Source of the DNA: Geosiphon pyriformis uo1
Lineage: Eukaryota; Fungi; Glomeromycota
Reading direction: 5' to 3'
NCBI GenBank assembly: GCA_016748015.1
Contig: JAAOMT010000452.1
Span: 1-9,041 of the forward strand
Length of the DNA: 9,041 nt
Part shown: positions 7,202 to 9,041 of the stretch, one piece after another
How positions within the stretch are numbered: position 1 is the stretch's first letter
Layout of the letters: each line of letters starts with the position of its first letter
The notes under the pieces: model-generated
Database searches by the model: none
Told to the model about the DNA's origin: nothing
Seen by the model: the letters and a program-made list of their open reading frames with translations, nothing else
Made by a program: the position numbers and the translations under genes

Positions 7202-9041
7202 CCCCCCCCCCTTACTTGCCCACACCAACCATCTTCTACCATTATTCGATTTGGAGGATACCTTACCTGCCTCCACTCGTTGATAGATTTGTCAGTATTC
7301 TACAGAGCATTTGAGCTTGGTAGTACAAACTCCCATATATGCCCTGTAACGGGGACCACCCACACAAGTGCCCAACCATTTTAGGCCCTATATATTTGGT
7401 TGGTGGACAAAGTTAGGATACCCACAGTCCCCAATGGTACAATCAAGTAATAACTCATATCGGAAACTACCAAGTCCATAAGAGTCCTTTTACAGGGACT
7501 TGGGGCATATGGGTATGGTAAGCCCTTGTACTCCTGTGCTTGAGTTTGATGGGTTTGGGTGGAGAGTTGATCTACCCATAATGGTAGGATTTGGTACCTT
7601 TGTATGGATATGGGATTACCCATAGTCCTTGGGGCATAGAGGGGTTTGGAGGTATAAGGATCTGATTTTGTGTAATCATAGGATAGTATTGGCTCTTACA
7701 ATCCCAGCAGTACTTTGGATCATCAACAGTGGATACCTTCAATGCCCCAGTCTACCATCCCATACCTTACACTGTACTTTAGTACCCATTACTTACATAG
7801 TTCTTGCTTTGACCGGGATCCCATAAAGCCTATATGGAATTGGGATTCCTGTAGCCATAGCCCTAATCTTAATTAATACCCTGTTGAGCCTCCGATCCTT
7901 GTCCAGTATATGGCACCCAAGTACAGATAGACCTGATAGCTCTATTTGGGGCATCAGTAGTAATCCAGTTGGACAAATAGAATCGACAATGATTGCCATA
8001 TGGGCCTGCCTCCAATAGGGGAATGACTTGACTTTCTTGGGAGCCGTATAGTTCCCCAATAGAGTAGCTACCAACTTGGTGGAGATGGTTATGGGTAATC
8101 GGCAAGCCAACAGGGCTTATAGAGGTATTGCCTCCTGCAAATGGGTTATGTCGCTTCAGAAGTAAGATCCCAATGCCAATAGGTACAAGCCATCAACAAA
8201 GCACTATCCTACATGGTCAACTCAGATTCTACTTGCGGAGGGTCATGTGACCCTTTTTGGTTTGTGGATTACATTTAGTACTTTACTCAAATGGATTGTT
8301 GGGGCACTGCCTCTATGGGTGTAATCCCTATTCTTTGTCTTGCAGACTTGACCCTTTGGTACCCCACCCCCCCCTCACTACCCTTGTTTTGATTGCACCA
8401 CTATTTGGGCTACCTTTAGGCCATTAGCAGGATCCCTTAATATACAGTAGTTATTAGGACCCTTGTTTGGAACTTCCCTCAAAGGTGTTCGATGGGTCCT
8501 AGAGGGCTATTGGTAATCTGTATGGATAATTTCGGATGCTCTACTCAATATCAGCCCTTTGTAGGTCCCCTATTGAGTAACAGGTATATGCAGCAGGGCA
8601 GTAGATATGAGGTCCCTGTTCAGTATTGGGGCCTACATACTAAAGGGTAATATTGATCCTGGTTTTTGGAATTGGTGGTAACACATGATCTCCCCTTTCT
8701 TGAGAGAAGCCTACAAGGCTTTAGATACGTGAGTAGCTTATGGGTTTGTACTTGAGGGTTGAGGGAGGGATATGGTATGAGCCCGGCTTTGGGGATAGTA
8801 ATTTGGATTTTGATTTGGTTTGTACCACTACTAAGGTGTCATCACAACTCTTAAAGGCCCATCAATCATTGAATACACCCTTGGTGGGTGGGTTGTCCTT
8901 TGTACCTGCACTTAGCCCTGTTGGATCCAGAGAGTTCCCATTTAGAGGGATACAAGGTTTGATCTGGGTGGGACCGGAGTTGGGGGAGTTGTCATTGTGC
9001 ATCATTTTTTGGTTTTGGGATGGACCCACCACCCCCCCCCC
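7202..9041 (+). repeat. Terminal direct repeat, copy 2 (probable circular overlap)
   Basis: Same sequence as 1-1840 at offset 7201; starts with C10 (7202-7211) and ends with C10 (9032-9041). Confidence 0.98.

Noticed and set aside
1-9041. LTR retrotransposon with 1,840-bp LTRs
   Set aside because: Repeats begin and end in poly-C rather than TG..CA, no primer-binding site, no gag/pol remnants; the PPT-like G tract is present in both copies.

Overview
The window is one 7,201-bp unit plus a repeat of its first 1,840 bp (1-1840 = 7202-9041). This is best read as an over-assembled circular molecule or a tandem unit of 7,201 bp. I recognise no gene in it: the longest standard-code ORF is 120 aa, and reassigning stop codons by hand in the regions I translated gave no convincing long frame. 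The DNA is still clearly structured. It is CpG-poor except for a ~1-kb island (~2380-3420) that ends in an AT-rich repeat patch. All long C runs lie on the + strand, G-rich and C-rich domains alternate, short palindromes such as AGTACT are over-represented, and one control-like block appears in two diverged copies. My working hypothesis (inference only) is a mostly non-coding eukaryotic minicircle, such as one chromosome of a multipartite organelle genome, with a constant region and a small cassette. The best gene candidate is a basic minus-strand ORF starting at 3395 with weak resemblance to ribosomal protein uS8. All counts are by eye and approximate.
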